Shown: one piece after another, positions 8,270 to 17,054 of the stretch
How positions within the stretch are numbered: position 1 is the stretch's first letter
Layout: the number at the start of each line of letters is the position of its first letter
Made by a program: the position numbers and the translations under genes
Origin: Acidimicrobiia bacterium
GTDB taxonomy: Bacteria > Actinomycetota > Acidimicrobiia > Spongiisociales > ZC4RG35
DNA: 36,668 nt
Assembly (NCBI GenBank): GCA_029240695.1
Contig: JARDZU010000003.1
Coordinates: 1 to 36,668, forward strand
Direction of reading: 5' to 3'
Notes under the pieces: generated by a model
Database searches by the model: none
What the model was told of the DNA's origin: nothing
Seen by the model: only the letters and a program-made list of their open reading frames with translations

Positions 8270-10495
8270 TCATTCGAGAGCGATGTCCTGTGGGCGAATG
8301 GGCACCCGATTGAGCTCCTTCCCCGAGGCGGCTCGAATCGCAGCGGCGACCGCCGCCGTCGAGGAGATGGTCGGCGGCTCTCCCACGCCCTTCGCCCCGA
8401 AGGGGCCCCACGATCCCTCCCTTTCGATCAACAGGGCCTCGACGTCGGGTGCGTCCAGGATGGTGGGGAGCAGGTAGTCGGTGAATGTCGGATTGAGAAT
8501 GACACCATCCTTCATCACCAGCTCCTCCATCACGGCCAGACCCACCCCCTGGAGGATGCCGCCTTCGATCTGACCTCGCACCGACTGCGGGTTCAGGGCG
8601 AGACCAACGTCTTGCGCAGTGTCGACACGGACCACCTTGACCAGGCCCAGCTCGGTGTCGACGTCGACCACCGCCCGATGGCCGGCCACGGCGAAGTCGG
8701 CGTGTATCACGCCTTGACCGTTCTCGTCTGGGCCGGTCGTGGGCGGGTGCCGGAAGGTGACTGTCTCTTCCCAGTCTTCCTCAGCGAGGACCGACCAGGA
8801 GACCACTAGCTCATCGCCCTTCCAGACCCCGTCATCGTCGAGTTCCTCACCTTCGTGTCTGTCCAGGACCCTCTGCCGGAGCTTTACCGAGGCCTCGAGA
8901 GTGGCCCCACCGGAGAGCTGGGTCTGCCTAGAAGCCGAGGTGGAGCCGGCTGAGTCGATCTTCGATGTGTCCACGTGGTTCACGTCGACGCGGGAGATCC
9001 CCAGCGCGCTGCGGACTATCTGAGCCAGGACGGTGACCAGGCCCTGCCCGACTTCTATCGCGGCGGTTTCGACGACCGCACCATCAGGAGTAAGGCGAAC
9101 CCTTGCCTGGGCGTAGTCATCGGATCCCTCGGAGAAGCCGAGGTTCTTGAGACCGAGGGCATATCCCACCCCTCTCCGAACGTGATGTGGCTCGGTGGTG
9201 AGACCCGAGCCTCCGGGAAGCTCGCTGTGATGCGCCATCGTTGCCGGTTCCGGAAGAGGCATTGCCTGCAGACTCCGTATCACCTCGATCGTGGGAAGCG
9301 GGGTCTCGATCACCTGCCCGGTGGTCGGCATCGGGTCGCCGGTGCCGAGAGCATTCAGCTCGCGCAGATCGAGCGGGTCCATTTCGAGGGCCGCGGCGAG
9401 CCGGTCCATTTGTGCTTCGTAGGCAAAGCAGACCTGTACCGCTCCAAATCCCCTCATCGCCCCACAAGGCGGGTTGTTGGTGCGGGCTCCCACCCCGTCG
9501 ACTGCGACCGAGTCGCTCCGATATGGCCCGACTGCGAAATAGCACGCGTTGGCCAGAACGGCGGATGTTGTCGAGGCGTAGGCCCCACCATCGATCATCA
9601 CCCGCGCTTCGACGCGGACTAGACGTCCGTCCTCATCGGACTCGTGGCGGTAGCGGAGCCACGCCGGATGGCGGTGGACATGCCCGGTGAACGACTCCGA
9701 GCGGTGATAGACCATCTTGACCGGCCGCCCGGTGTGGAGGGCCAGCATGCAGAGATGGATGTGCAGGTTGACGTCTTCTCTGGCCCCGAAGGCGCCACCG
9801 ATCCCCGTCGGGTGGGCTCGCACCTGATCCGGTCGGAGACCGAGGCTGGCCACCACTTGCTCTTGATCGACGTGCACGTATTGGCTCGTCGCGTATAGAT
9901 CGACACCACCCTGGCCGTCCGGGATGGCGAGACCGGCCTCGGTCCCCAGCGGCGCCTGATCCTGCATCCCGACCTCGTACTCACCTTCGACCACGACGGA
10001 CCCGTGCAAGCCCTGGTCTCCGCGACGGATGCTCAGCCGGCGAAACACCTCGTCACGGTCGTCGGCCTCTTCGGGGTCGGTCCGCGCGTCGAGCTCTTCG
10101 TAGCGAACCTCGACCGCAGCCGCCGCCCTCCTGGCGGTGTCGTCGTCCTCGGCGGCTACCACTGCCACCGGCTCTCCCCAGAACTTGACCTCGTCGCCGG
10201 CCAGAACCGGCTGGTCGGCGTGCTCCAATCCAAACGTAGCCCTCCCCGGGACATCGGCTGCCGTGAGACACGCGTGCACACCGCCGATTGCCAGCGCCGG
10301 GCCCAGGTCGATCGAGACGACGCGTGCCCGGGCGTGGGGGCTACGGACCGTGGCCGCCCAGAGCATCCCCTCGGCTCTCAAGTCCTGGGCGTATTCGAAC
10401 TCGCCACGGAGCTTGGGCACGCCATCGGGACGGAGCGGGGAATCCCGGATCACACCACGCGGCACTCCGACGCGGCGTCCCGTCCTAGTGCTCAT
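8270..10495 (-). CDS. pucD: Xanthine dehydrogenase molybdopterin-binding subunit (PucD-like)
   Basis: VRSPHARA, IGGAFGARED, AMRGFG, EVGQG, TSASRQT, GQIEGG..QG, KGVGEPP (catalytic Glu). Start ATG 10495 overlaps the pucE end. Confidence 0.9.
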   Translation of the reverse strand: MSTRTGRRVGVPRGVIRDSPLRPDGVPKLRGEFEYAQDLRAEGMLWAATVRSPHARARVVSIDLGPALAIGGVHACLTAADVPGRATFGLEHADQPVLAGDEVKFWGEPVAVVAAEDDDTARRAAAAVEVRYEELDARTDPEEADDRDEVFRRLSIRRGDQGLHGSVVVEGEYEVGMQDQAPLGTEAGLAIPDGQGGVDLYATSQYVHVDQEQVVASLGLRPDQVRAHPTGIGGAFGAREDVNLHIHLCMLALHTGRPVKMVYHRSESFTGHVHRHPAWLRYRHESDEDGRLVRVEARVMIDGGAYASTTSAVLANACYFAVGPYRSDSVAVDGVGARTNNPPCGAMRGFGAVQVCFAYEAQMDRLAAALEMDPLDLRELNALGTGDPMPTTGQVIETPLPTIEVIRSLQAMPLPEPATMAHHSELPGGSGLTTEPHHVRRGVGYALGLKNLGFSEGSDDYAQARVRLTPDGAVVETAAIEVGQGLVTVLAQIVRSALGISRVDVNHVDTSKIDSAGSTSASRQTQLSGGATLEASVKLRQRVLDRHEGEELDDDGVWKGDELVVSWSVLAEEDWEETVTFRHPPTTGPDENGQGVIHADFAVAGHRAVVDVDTELGLVKVVRVDTAQDVGLALNPQSVRGQIEGGILQGVGLAVMEELVMKDGVILNPTFTDYLLPTILDAPDVEALLIEREGSWGPFGAKGVGEPPTISSTAAVAAAIRAASGKELNRVPIRPQDIALE

Positions 10496-10949
10496 CAGTC
10501 GCCCCCACTCCCTCCAGGGCGCGGATGATGGCGCCGTACCCGGTGCACCGGCAGATGTTCCCGGCCAGGGCGTCTTTGATCTCGTTACTGCTCGGATGAG
10601 CGTTCCGGGCAAACAGGTCGACCGCGGCCACGACGATGCCCGGTGTGCAGAAGCCACATTGGACGGCTCCAGCGTGGTGCATCGCCTCCTGGACAGGGTG
10701 CAGGCCGTCGTCGGGGCTGACCCCTTCGACCGTGGTCACCGACGAACCGGCGGCATCCGCCGCCATCACCAGGCAGGAGCAGACCAGCTCTCCGTCGAGG
10801 ATGACGCTGCACGATCCACATTCTCCCTGCTCACAGGCATTCTTTGAGCCGGGCAGGCCGAGCTCGTCCCGCAGGAGATCGAGGAGGCTGCCGGGGTTGG
10901 TGACCCGGGCCGTGACCGGTACTCCGTTTACCGTCAGCTCGACGATCAC
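10485..10949 (-). CDS. pucE: Xanthine dehydrogenase 2Fe-2S subunit (PucE/CoxS-like)
   Basis: CEQGECGSC..CSCL, QCGFCTPG, GNICRCTGY. Start chosen at the GTGA overlap with pucC (alternative GTG 10958). Confidence 0.92.
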   Translation of the reverse strand: MIVELTVNGVPVTARVTNPGSLLDLLRDELGLPGSKNACEQGECGSCSVILDGELVCSCLVMAADAAGSSVTTVEGVSPDDGLHPVQEAMHHAGAVQCGFCTPGIVVAAVDLFARNAHPSSNEIKDALAGNICRCTGYGAIIRALEGVGATDEH

Positions 10950-11740
10950 GAGAGACACCTCTCCAGGAGACGTCTGGCCAGGACGCCTGCCCCGTGACGC
11001 CGGTACTCCTCAGTCGACCGGTGATCGGTTATCGGCCGCACTTCTTCGCTGACGAGCCGCTGGAACTCGACCAGATCACCCGCGCTCGGATGGCCGATCG
11101 ACGAGATCATGTTCTCGGCTCCGGTAGCCCTGATGGGGGTGGGGGCCACTGACCCGAGGGCTACCGTGGTCTTGCCGTCGTCGGCCCGGGTGACCACAGC
11201 GCACACAGTGGCTATGACCATGGCGTTTCGGATCCCGATCTTGCCGAAGCATTGCCGCTCGGGCAGGCCGGCGGGCAGGTGGACCGCCATGATCAACTCG
11301 TCTGGCCGTCGGGCCGTCTCCTTGACACCGGTGAAGAACTCCTGCCAGGTCAGCGTTCGCTGTGACGCTGTCGAAGCGAGCTCGATGGAGGCGCCGACCG
11401 CGGCCAGGAACGGATGCCCGTCGCCGGCAGGGCTCGCAGTCCCCAGATTCCCGCCGATCGTCCCGGCATTCCGGATCTGTGGTGAGCCCACGGTGCGCGC
11501 CGCTTCGGCCAAGGCCTTGGGGCCATGGGTCTCGATCCGGCGCCATGTGACGCCTGCCCCGATCCGTTGGCCGTCCCACTCCTTCAGCTCGGCGAGCCGG
11601 CGCAGCCCGATGACACGCTCGGGGCGGATGTGGCCGAAGTTGACCTCGACCATGAGATCGGTTCCCCCGGCCAGTGGGATCGCTCCGTCGCCCAGTCCGG
11701 CGAGGGCCTCATCGATCGAGTTCGGGTGCACGATCTCCAC
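10946..11740 (-). CDS. pucC: Xanthine dehydrogenase FAD-binding subunit (PucC/CoxM-like)
   Basis: LAGGTDL, VGSPQIRNAGTIGGNL..ASPAGD, PITDHRST.EYRR. Confidence 0.92.
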   Translation of the reverse strand: MEIVHPNSIDEALAGLGDGAIPLAGGTDLMVEVNFGHIRPERVIGLRRLAELKEWDGQRIGAGVTWRRIETHGPKALAEAARTVGSPQIRNAGTIGGNLGTASPAGDGHPFLAAVGASIELASTASQRTLTWQEFFTGVKETARRPDELIMAVHLPAGLPERQCFGKIGIRNAMVIATVCAVVTRADDGKTTVALGSVAPTPIRATGAENMISSIGHPSAGDLVEFQRLVSEEVRPITDHRSTEEYRRHGAGVLARRLLERCLS

Positions 11741-11768
11741 TGGCGGGCAAAGCTAGTGCCGGTTTCCG

Positions 11769-13124
11769 TTACACAAGTGTCGCGGCAAGCCGGTTGTGCT
11801 CTCTGACCAGAGACGCGGTGTCGACGCCGATCAATTGGCCGCTCTCGATGACCTTCCTTCCGCCGACCCAGGAGTGATCGACCGTCACCGGGGCGCACAT
11901 CACCACCGCCGCCACCGGATCGTGGAGCGCGCCGGCAAAGTCGACCCGGTTCAGGTCATAGGCAATGAAGTCGGCGCACATCCCGGGGGCAAGTCTCCCG
12001 ATGTCGTCACGGCCGAGCACCCCCGCCCCACCTACGGTGGCCAGACCGAGCGCCTGCCGCGCCGTCATCTGCGGCCCCTCGCCGATGCCCGGCGAGACAC
12101 CGAGACGATTGAGCAGGAGCGCCTGTCGGACCTCCCCCATCATGTGCGAGGCGTCGTTCGAAGCCGAGCCGTCGACACCGAGACCCACCCCGACACCCGC
12201 CTCCAGATACCGCGAGACCGGGGCCAGCCCGGAGGCGAGACGCATGTTCGAGGTCGGGCAATGGGCGACACCTGTCCCGGAATGACCCATCCGTCTCACT
12301 TCGTCCTCGGCCACGTGCACGGCATGGGCGTACCAGACATCCGGACCGGCCCAGCCAAGGTCCTCCATGTACTCCACCGGACGACGACCGAACCGGCCAA
12401 GGCAGAATTCCTCCTCATCGGCCGTCTCGGCGAGATGGGTGTGCATGGCGACTTCCAGATCGCGTGCCAATTCGGCGGTCTCTTCCATCAGATCGGTGGT
12501 CACGCTGAACGGGGAGCATGGGGCGAGGACGACCTGCGTCATCGACCCGGGGGACGGGTCGTGGAAGAGGTCGACCACCCGCCGGGAGTCTTCGAGGATC
12601 ACATCATTGGTCTCGACGACAGAATCCGGCGGCAGCCCGCCCTCCGACCGGCCGAGGCTCATCGACCCGCGCGAGACATGAAATCGAACTCCTACCGGGG
12701 CGGCGCCTTCGATTTGATCGTCGACCCGCGAGCCGTTCGGCCACAGATAGTGATGGTCGAAGGCGGTGGTGCAGCCGCTCAACGCGAGCTCGGCGAGACC
12801 AAGACGGGTGGAGACCCGCACATGATCCGGCGTCATCCCCGCCCAGATCGGATAAAGCGTGAGAAGCCAATCGAACAAACCCGCATCCTGGGCACCCGGC
12901 ACTACCCGTGTGAGCGTCTGATAGAGGTGATGATGGGTGTTGACCAATCCGGGGAGGACGACATGGCCGCTGAGGTCGACCATCTCGTCGGCCTCTTCGG
13001 GCAGCTCGGCCGTACGGGCAACCTGCTCGATCCAACCGTCGCGTGCGAACAGACCCCCGTCCTCGATCTCCTCGCCGCCCATGGTGACCAGCACTTCGGC
13101 ATGACGGACGAGCAGGGTTCCCAT
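11769..13124 (-). CDS. 8-oxoguanine deaminase (amidohydrolase superfamily)
   Basis: PGLVNTHHHLYQTLTR, LF.WL.TLYPIW, RGSMSLG.S.GGLPPD, PCSPFSV, HTHLAET, HCPTSNMRL.SG, LGVDGSASND. ATG 13124 follows TAGCTT (13133-13138). Confidence 0.9.
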   Translation of the reverse strand: MGTLLVRHAEVLVTMGGEEIEDGGLFARDGWIEQVARTAELPEEADEMVDLSGHVVLPGLVNTHHHLYQTLTRVVPGAQDAGLFDWLLTLYPIWAGMTPDHVRVSTRLGLAELALSGCTTAFDHHYLWPNGSRVDDQIEGAAPVGVRFHVSRGSMSLGRSEGGLPPDSVVETNDVILEDSRRVVDLFHDPSPGSMTQVVLAPCSPFSVTTDLMEETAELARDLEVAMHTHLAETADEEEFCLGRFGRRPVEYMEDLGWAGPDVWYAHAVHVAEDEVRRMGHSGTGVAHCPTSNMRLASGLAPVSRYLEAGVGVGLGVDGSASNDASHMMGEVRQALLLNRLGVSPGIGEGPQMTARQALGLATVGGAGVLGRDDIGRLAPGMCADFIAYDLNRVDFAGALHDPVAAVVMCAPVTVDHSWVGGRKVIESGQLIGVDTASLVREHNRLAATLV

Positions 13125-13162
13125 CGGCACCAAAGCTAACTGCTGTCTTAGAGTCGCCCGCC
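13125..13162. promoter_or_regulatory. 38-bp divergent promoter region with back-to-back TANNNT boxes
   Basis: Minus strand TAGCTT (13133-13138) is 8 nt from ATG 13124. Plus strand TAGAGT (13149-13154) is 8 nt from ATG 13163. Confidence 0.55.
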
Positions 13163-14488
13163 ATGACTCTGCGCGATGACTCGATGACTCGCTGGGGTGA
13201 ACGTCTCGGGGCGGTGGCGACCCGTCTCGGCACCGACTTCCCGGGCGAAAGCCCCGAACGCCAGCCGGTGCACACCGTGTATGGCGGCGCCCATCTCTTC
13301 TCGGCCAACACAGCGGAACGCTTGGGCGAGTTGTCCCTGGCCGCCCTCGATCGTTGGGCTCCCGCCCCCGAGGACCTGGCTTCCATTCTCGGCCTCCCCG
13401 AATCGCAGGCCGGGCCAGTTCACGATCTCGTGGCCGAGAAATTGAGAAGGGAGCCGGTGGAGGACTTCCGCATCGATTTCGAGGATGGCTACGGGCATCG
13501 GCCCGATGACGAGGAGGACGGGCACGCCCGATCGGCTGCCACCGAGCTAGCCGGTGGCATGACGGCCGGGACGCTCCCTCCCTTCACCGGGATCCGGGTC
13601 AAGTCGCTCTCCGGTGAGCTGCACCGGCGCGCCTTGCGCACCCTCGATCTGTTCGTCACCACAGTCGTGGAGAAGGGGGGGCATCTCCCACCCGGCTTCA
13701 CCGTGACCCTCCCCAAGATCCAGGATGTCGAGCAGGTCCTAGTGCTCGGCGAGGCCCTCGCCGAGCTGGAGCAAGATCTGGGCATCGACCCCATCCCGGT
13801 GGAGCTCATGGTCGAGACTCCGCAGACAGTCATCGACCGGGACGGGACCTCAGGGGTTCGCAAATTCGTCGACGCCGGGCAGGGCCGCGTGCGTGGCGCC
13901 CATTTCGGGACCTACGACTACACGGCATCGCTCACCATCACTGCTGCCTATCAGACGATGACGCATCCGGCCTGTGATTTCGCCCGACACGCATTGCAGG
14001 TGAGCCTGGCTGGGACCGGGGTCTGGATCTCCGACGGGGCGACCAACGTGATGCCGGTGGCACCGCATCGTGGCGAGGAGTTGACCTCGAGCCAGGAAGA
14101 GGAGAACCGCAAGACCGTCCACGATGCGATGCGGCTCCACTACGAGCACATCAGAAATTCGCTGATCCACGCCTATTACCAGGGGTGGGACCTCCATCCT
14201 GCCCAGTTCCCGACTCGCTATGCCGCCGTCTACGCCTTCTTTCTCGAGGGTCTGGACCAGGCCGGCGAGCGGCTCTCCAACTTCGTCGAATCGGCGGCCA
14301 AGGCCACCCTCGTCGGTGAGGTGTTCGACGACGCTGCGACCGGCCAGGGTCTCCTCAACTTCTTCCTACGAGCTATCAACTGCGGTGCGATCGACGAGAG
14401 GGAGGCCACCACACGCAGCGGCCTCACGCTCGATGAGATCCAGACCCGCTCCTTCCTCGCCATCCTGGAGAGCCGGACCGCTGGATAG
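13163..14488 (+). CDS. Uncharacterised CitE/malate synthase/HpcH-superfamily TIM-barrel enzyme (resembles proteins annotated DUF6986)
   Basis: RQPVHTVYGGAH, RIDFEDGYG, GIRVK, TLPKI, LMVETP, HFGTYDY, DGATN, QGWDLHPAQ, FDDAATG. Embedded in the purine catabolism cluster. Confidence 0.8.
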   Translation: MTLRDDSMTRWGERLGAVATRLGTDFPGESPERQPVHTVYGGAHLFSANTAERLGELSLAALDRWAPAPEDLASILGLPESQAGPVHDLVAEKLRREPVEDFRIDFEDGYGHRPDDEEDGHARSAATELAGGMTAGTLPPFTGIRVKSLSGELHRRALRTLDLFVTTVVEKGGHLPPGFTVTLPKIQDVEQVLVLGEALAELEQDLGIDPIPVELMVETPQTVIDRDGTSGVRKFVDAGQGRVRGAHFGTYDYTASLTITAAYQTMTHPACDFARHALQVSLAGTGVWISDGATNVMPVAPHRGEELTSSQEEENRKTVHDAMRLHYEHIRNSLIHAYYQGWDLHPAQFPTRYAAVYAFFLEGLDQAGERLSNFVESAAKATLVGEVFDDAATGQGLLNFFLRAINCGAIDEREATTRSGLTLDEIQTRSFLAILESRTAG

Positions 14489-14491
14489 ATC

Positions 14492-15307
14492 TCAGCGCGA
14501 GACGATGAAACCGATATCGCCGTAGGGCTGGCTGACCGGCTGGAAGACCGTGTGCTCGTCCTCGATCCCGAATCTGGACAGGTCGTAGCTCAGGTGATGC
14601 TGATTGGGGAGTCGAAAGTCGACCTCCTCGATCTCTGGAATCGCTCCCAGCAAGGCCTCTGCCATCATCCATCCCTGGTGTTGTACGGACTCCGAGTGTT
14701 CGCCCATGAAACTCTCGATCATGGCTTCACGCGCCGTCTCCCAGGTGGCCGTGGTGTCGGCCGGGGTGGCTGAATATCGCCACACCGCCTTCACAGACGT
14801 GGCCAGGATCCGCTCGTCGGTCTCGGGAAGCAAGGTGAACTCGTCCCGGGGGAAACCGGCGAAGGCCGAACCCGTGGTCTTGAGGACCACCAATCCGTCC
14901 ACTCCGGCCCACACCCCAGCATTGGTCCCGGCGACCACCCGGCCCAACCGTCGCTCTGAGCCTCCACCGACGAAGCCCGACGGGCCCCTCCGGTTCCAGA
15001 TGAGCTGGGATACAGAGACGTCCGCTGCGCTGATGCCTTCACGCTCCAGGAAGCGGTCACAGAGGACAGCAGCGAACGCCTCCAGGTCTCGATTGAGATG
15101 CTCCTGAGCCAGGCCGTAGACGGTGTTCTTCATGGTGTCGGTAGGCAGAACGCCCCTGTTGTCACCTCGGACATGGGCCGCCTCGACGTCACCCTGGAGC
15201 AGCACCTGGACCGTCAAGTCCAGAAAATCGTCACCCGACTCGGTGCGGAGGATCTTCGACACCCGAACATCGGACTTGCCCCATCGGTTCTCGCCGAGCC
15301 GAGCCAT
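14492..15307 (-). CDS. pucL: Urate oxidase (cofactor-independent uricase)
   Basis: N.WGKSDVR, VLPTDTMKNTVY, VLKTTGSAF.GF, ERILAT, SESVQH, LPNQH, QPYG.I. Confidence 0.93.
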   Translation of the reverse strand: MARLGENRWGKSDVRVSKILRTESGDDFLDLTVQVLLQGDVEAAHVRGDNRGVLPTDTMKNTVYGLAQEHLNRDLEAFAAVLCDRFLEREGISAADVSVSQLIWNRRGPSGFVGGGSERRLGRVVAGTNAGVWAGVDGLVVLKTTGSAFAGFPRDEFTLLPETDERILATSVKAVWRYSATPADTTATWETAREAMIESFMGEHSESVQHQGWMMAEALLGAIPEIEEVDFRLPNQHHLSYDLSRFGIEDEHTVFQPVSQPYGDIGFIVSR

Positions 15308-15624
15308 CAGCTACCCCGGTAGGTCGTGTACCCGTAGCTGCTGAGCAAAAGCGGGACGTGATAGTGGTCCGGGGCATCGTCGAGGTCGACGATGACGTGC
15401 ACCTCGGGGAAGAAAGGATTGCCGGCATCACCCGTGGCAAAAACGAGACGGTAGATGCCGGCGCCCAAGGCGACGCCGAGTGCGGCGACGCGCCCATCGT
15501 CATCTGTCGTTCCTTCGCTGACGTGCTGCCAGCCAGCGTCCGATGAACGCTCCAGCGTCACCTTCACCCCGGACGCGGGCTGACCGGACTCTGTGTCGAG
15601 AACGTGTGTGCTGAGGCCGGTCAT
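15307..15624 (-). CDS. uraH: 5-hydroxyisourate hydrolase (transthyretin-like)
   Basis: LSTHVLDT..G.PA, T..DGR, HYHVPLLLS.YGY, C-terminal YRGS. Confidence 0.96.
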   Translation of the reverse strand: MTGLSTHVLDTESGQPASGVKVTLERSSDAGWQHVSEGTTDDDGRVAALGVALGAGIYRLVFATGDAGNPFFPEVHVIVDLDDAPDHYHVPLLLSSYGYTTYRGS

Positions 15625-17054
15625 CGGGCGTCTCCAAGGCAGAGCATGCGACGCAGTCTGGTCTCCGTGATCGCCCGTTGCTCCGCGGCTGCGTTGGCCA
15701 TCTCTTCGTCTCGCGTGTTGCCGAGTCGGCTGCGGGCGATGTCGAGCATCTCCTGAGCGGTCTTCCCGGAGGCATAGATGATGTAGGTGAAACCGTGGGT
15801 GGATTCGTACTCCTTGTTCGCCTCAGCCAACGCGGTCAGCAACGACCCTTCTGCATCGGCGGTGCCACTCTGCTCGCGATCCGCCTCGTGGTCTCCCCTC
15901 TCGCCGATTCGGGGGTGACCGGCGAAGGCCTCGAGCCAGTCGCTCTCATCCAGCGCATCGAAGGCGACGCCCGCTGCGGCCAGCACGGCATCGCCGTCAG
16001 CGAATGGCCGGTTCGCGATCATCCGGTCCACCCAGTTCGTGGAAGCGCAGGCGGTCTGGAAGAAGCGCCGCCCTTCCTCGTCGAACAGTGCGTTCAGGTA
16101 TGTGAGCCGAAGCTTCTCGGCTCCATCAGGGTCGGGCCGGCCCCTGACACGGAGACGTGCCACCCCGCCGTCGGGATGGATGTCTAGACGGACGAAGCGG
16201 GCTCGAGCAGGGCGATCGAGTATCAAGAGATTGACTGCGTCCGGCTTCGCCTCGGCCCGGTCGACCACCACCTCCCAGGTCTGGCCGTCATTCGAGACCT
16301 GGACCGAGACCCAGCCAGGTGCGTTTCCCTTGAAATGCCGGGTGTCGACCTCGAGGGAGTCGACTGCTCCGGGCAATCCGAGGCGGAAGACGGCCCAGTC
16401 GTTGCCCGGCCCGCGTCGACGCTTGGTCTCCCAGCCGTCCCACATCCCAGCCGGCTCGGTGGGCCGGAGGAGATTGGAGGGTGGTGAGTAGTGGACATCG
16501 GAGGCATCGAGGGCCTCGCCACCGACAACGGACGAAGCCAGGTCGATACCCCCGTCGTCGAGGCACACCTCATGTCGGGCAGGTATCGGGTCGCCGTCGA
16601 GGCGCAGGCGCGCCACCCCTCCGTCGGGGAAGATGTTGAGACGAATATGGGTGACCCGATGCGGGTCGTCGACCTCGAAGCTCGAGGTGGTGTCACCGGA
16701 GAGGGAGGTACGGGGGATGATCTGGACCCAGTCGGCCGCCTCGATTCGCTCGTCCCCACCCACGCCGCAGGCCTCCAACGAGAAGGATTCGGGGTAATTG
16801 CCGGTGAAATAGGAGGTGTCGACCGTCACCGAACGGACTCGCCCCGCCACTCCGAGGGCGAGAACACACCAGTCGTGGCCCGGCTCGCGACGTCTCCGGG
16901 TCTCCCAACCGTCCATCCATTTCCCCCGTTCGGTGTAGAGGTCCTCCTTCCACACCGGATTTGCCGTTTGCAGGAGATTGCGCGCTTCGGCGAAGAACTC
17001 GTCGTTGCAGGCAACCACCCGCCCGCCAACTGCCTCAGATATCAGATCGGTCAT
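15621..17054 (-). CDS. alc: Allantoicase fused to C-terminal OHCU decarboxylase (UraD) domain
   Basis: Two allantoicase repeats (MDGWETRRRR / WDGWETKRRR, DTSYFTGN / DTRHFKGN, PDGGVARLR twice). From about 16106 to the stop, a UraD domain (FAGHPRIG, EQSG, N.EYE...GF.YII, EQ.AIT..RL). Confidence 0.9.
   Translation of the reverse strand: MTDLISEAVGGRVVACNDEFFAEARNLLQTANPVWKEDLYTERGKWMDGWETRRRREPGHDWCVLALGVAGRVRSVTVDTSYFTGNYPESFSLEACGVGGDERIEAADWVQIIPRTSLSGDTTSSFEVDDPHRVTHIRLNIFPDGGVARLRLDGDPIPARHEVCLDDGGIDLASSVVGGEALDASDVHYSPPSNLLRPTEPAGMWDGWETKRRRGPGNDWAVFRLGLPGAVDSLEVDTRHFKGNAPGWVSVQVSNDGQTWEVVVDRAEAKPDAVNLLILDRPARARFVRLDIHPDGGVARLRVRGRPDPDGAEKLRLTYLNALFDEEGRRFFQTACASTNWVDRMIANRPFADGDAVLAAAGVAFDALDESDWLEAFAGHPRIGERGDHEADREQSGTADAEGSLLTALAEANKEYESTHGFTYIIYASGKTAQEMLDIARSRLGNTRDEEMANAAAEQRAITETRLRRMLCLGDAR

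Noticed and set aside
11796-13139. 447-aa plus-strand ORF antisense to 8-oxoguanine deaminase
   Set aside because: Codon-aligned antisense shadow typical of high-GC genes; no recognisable motifs.
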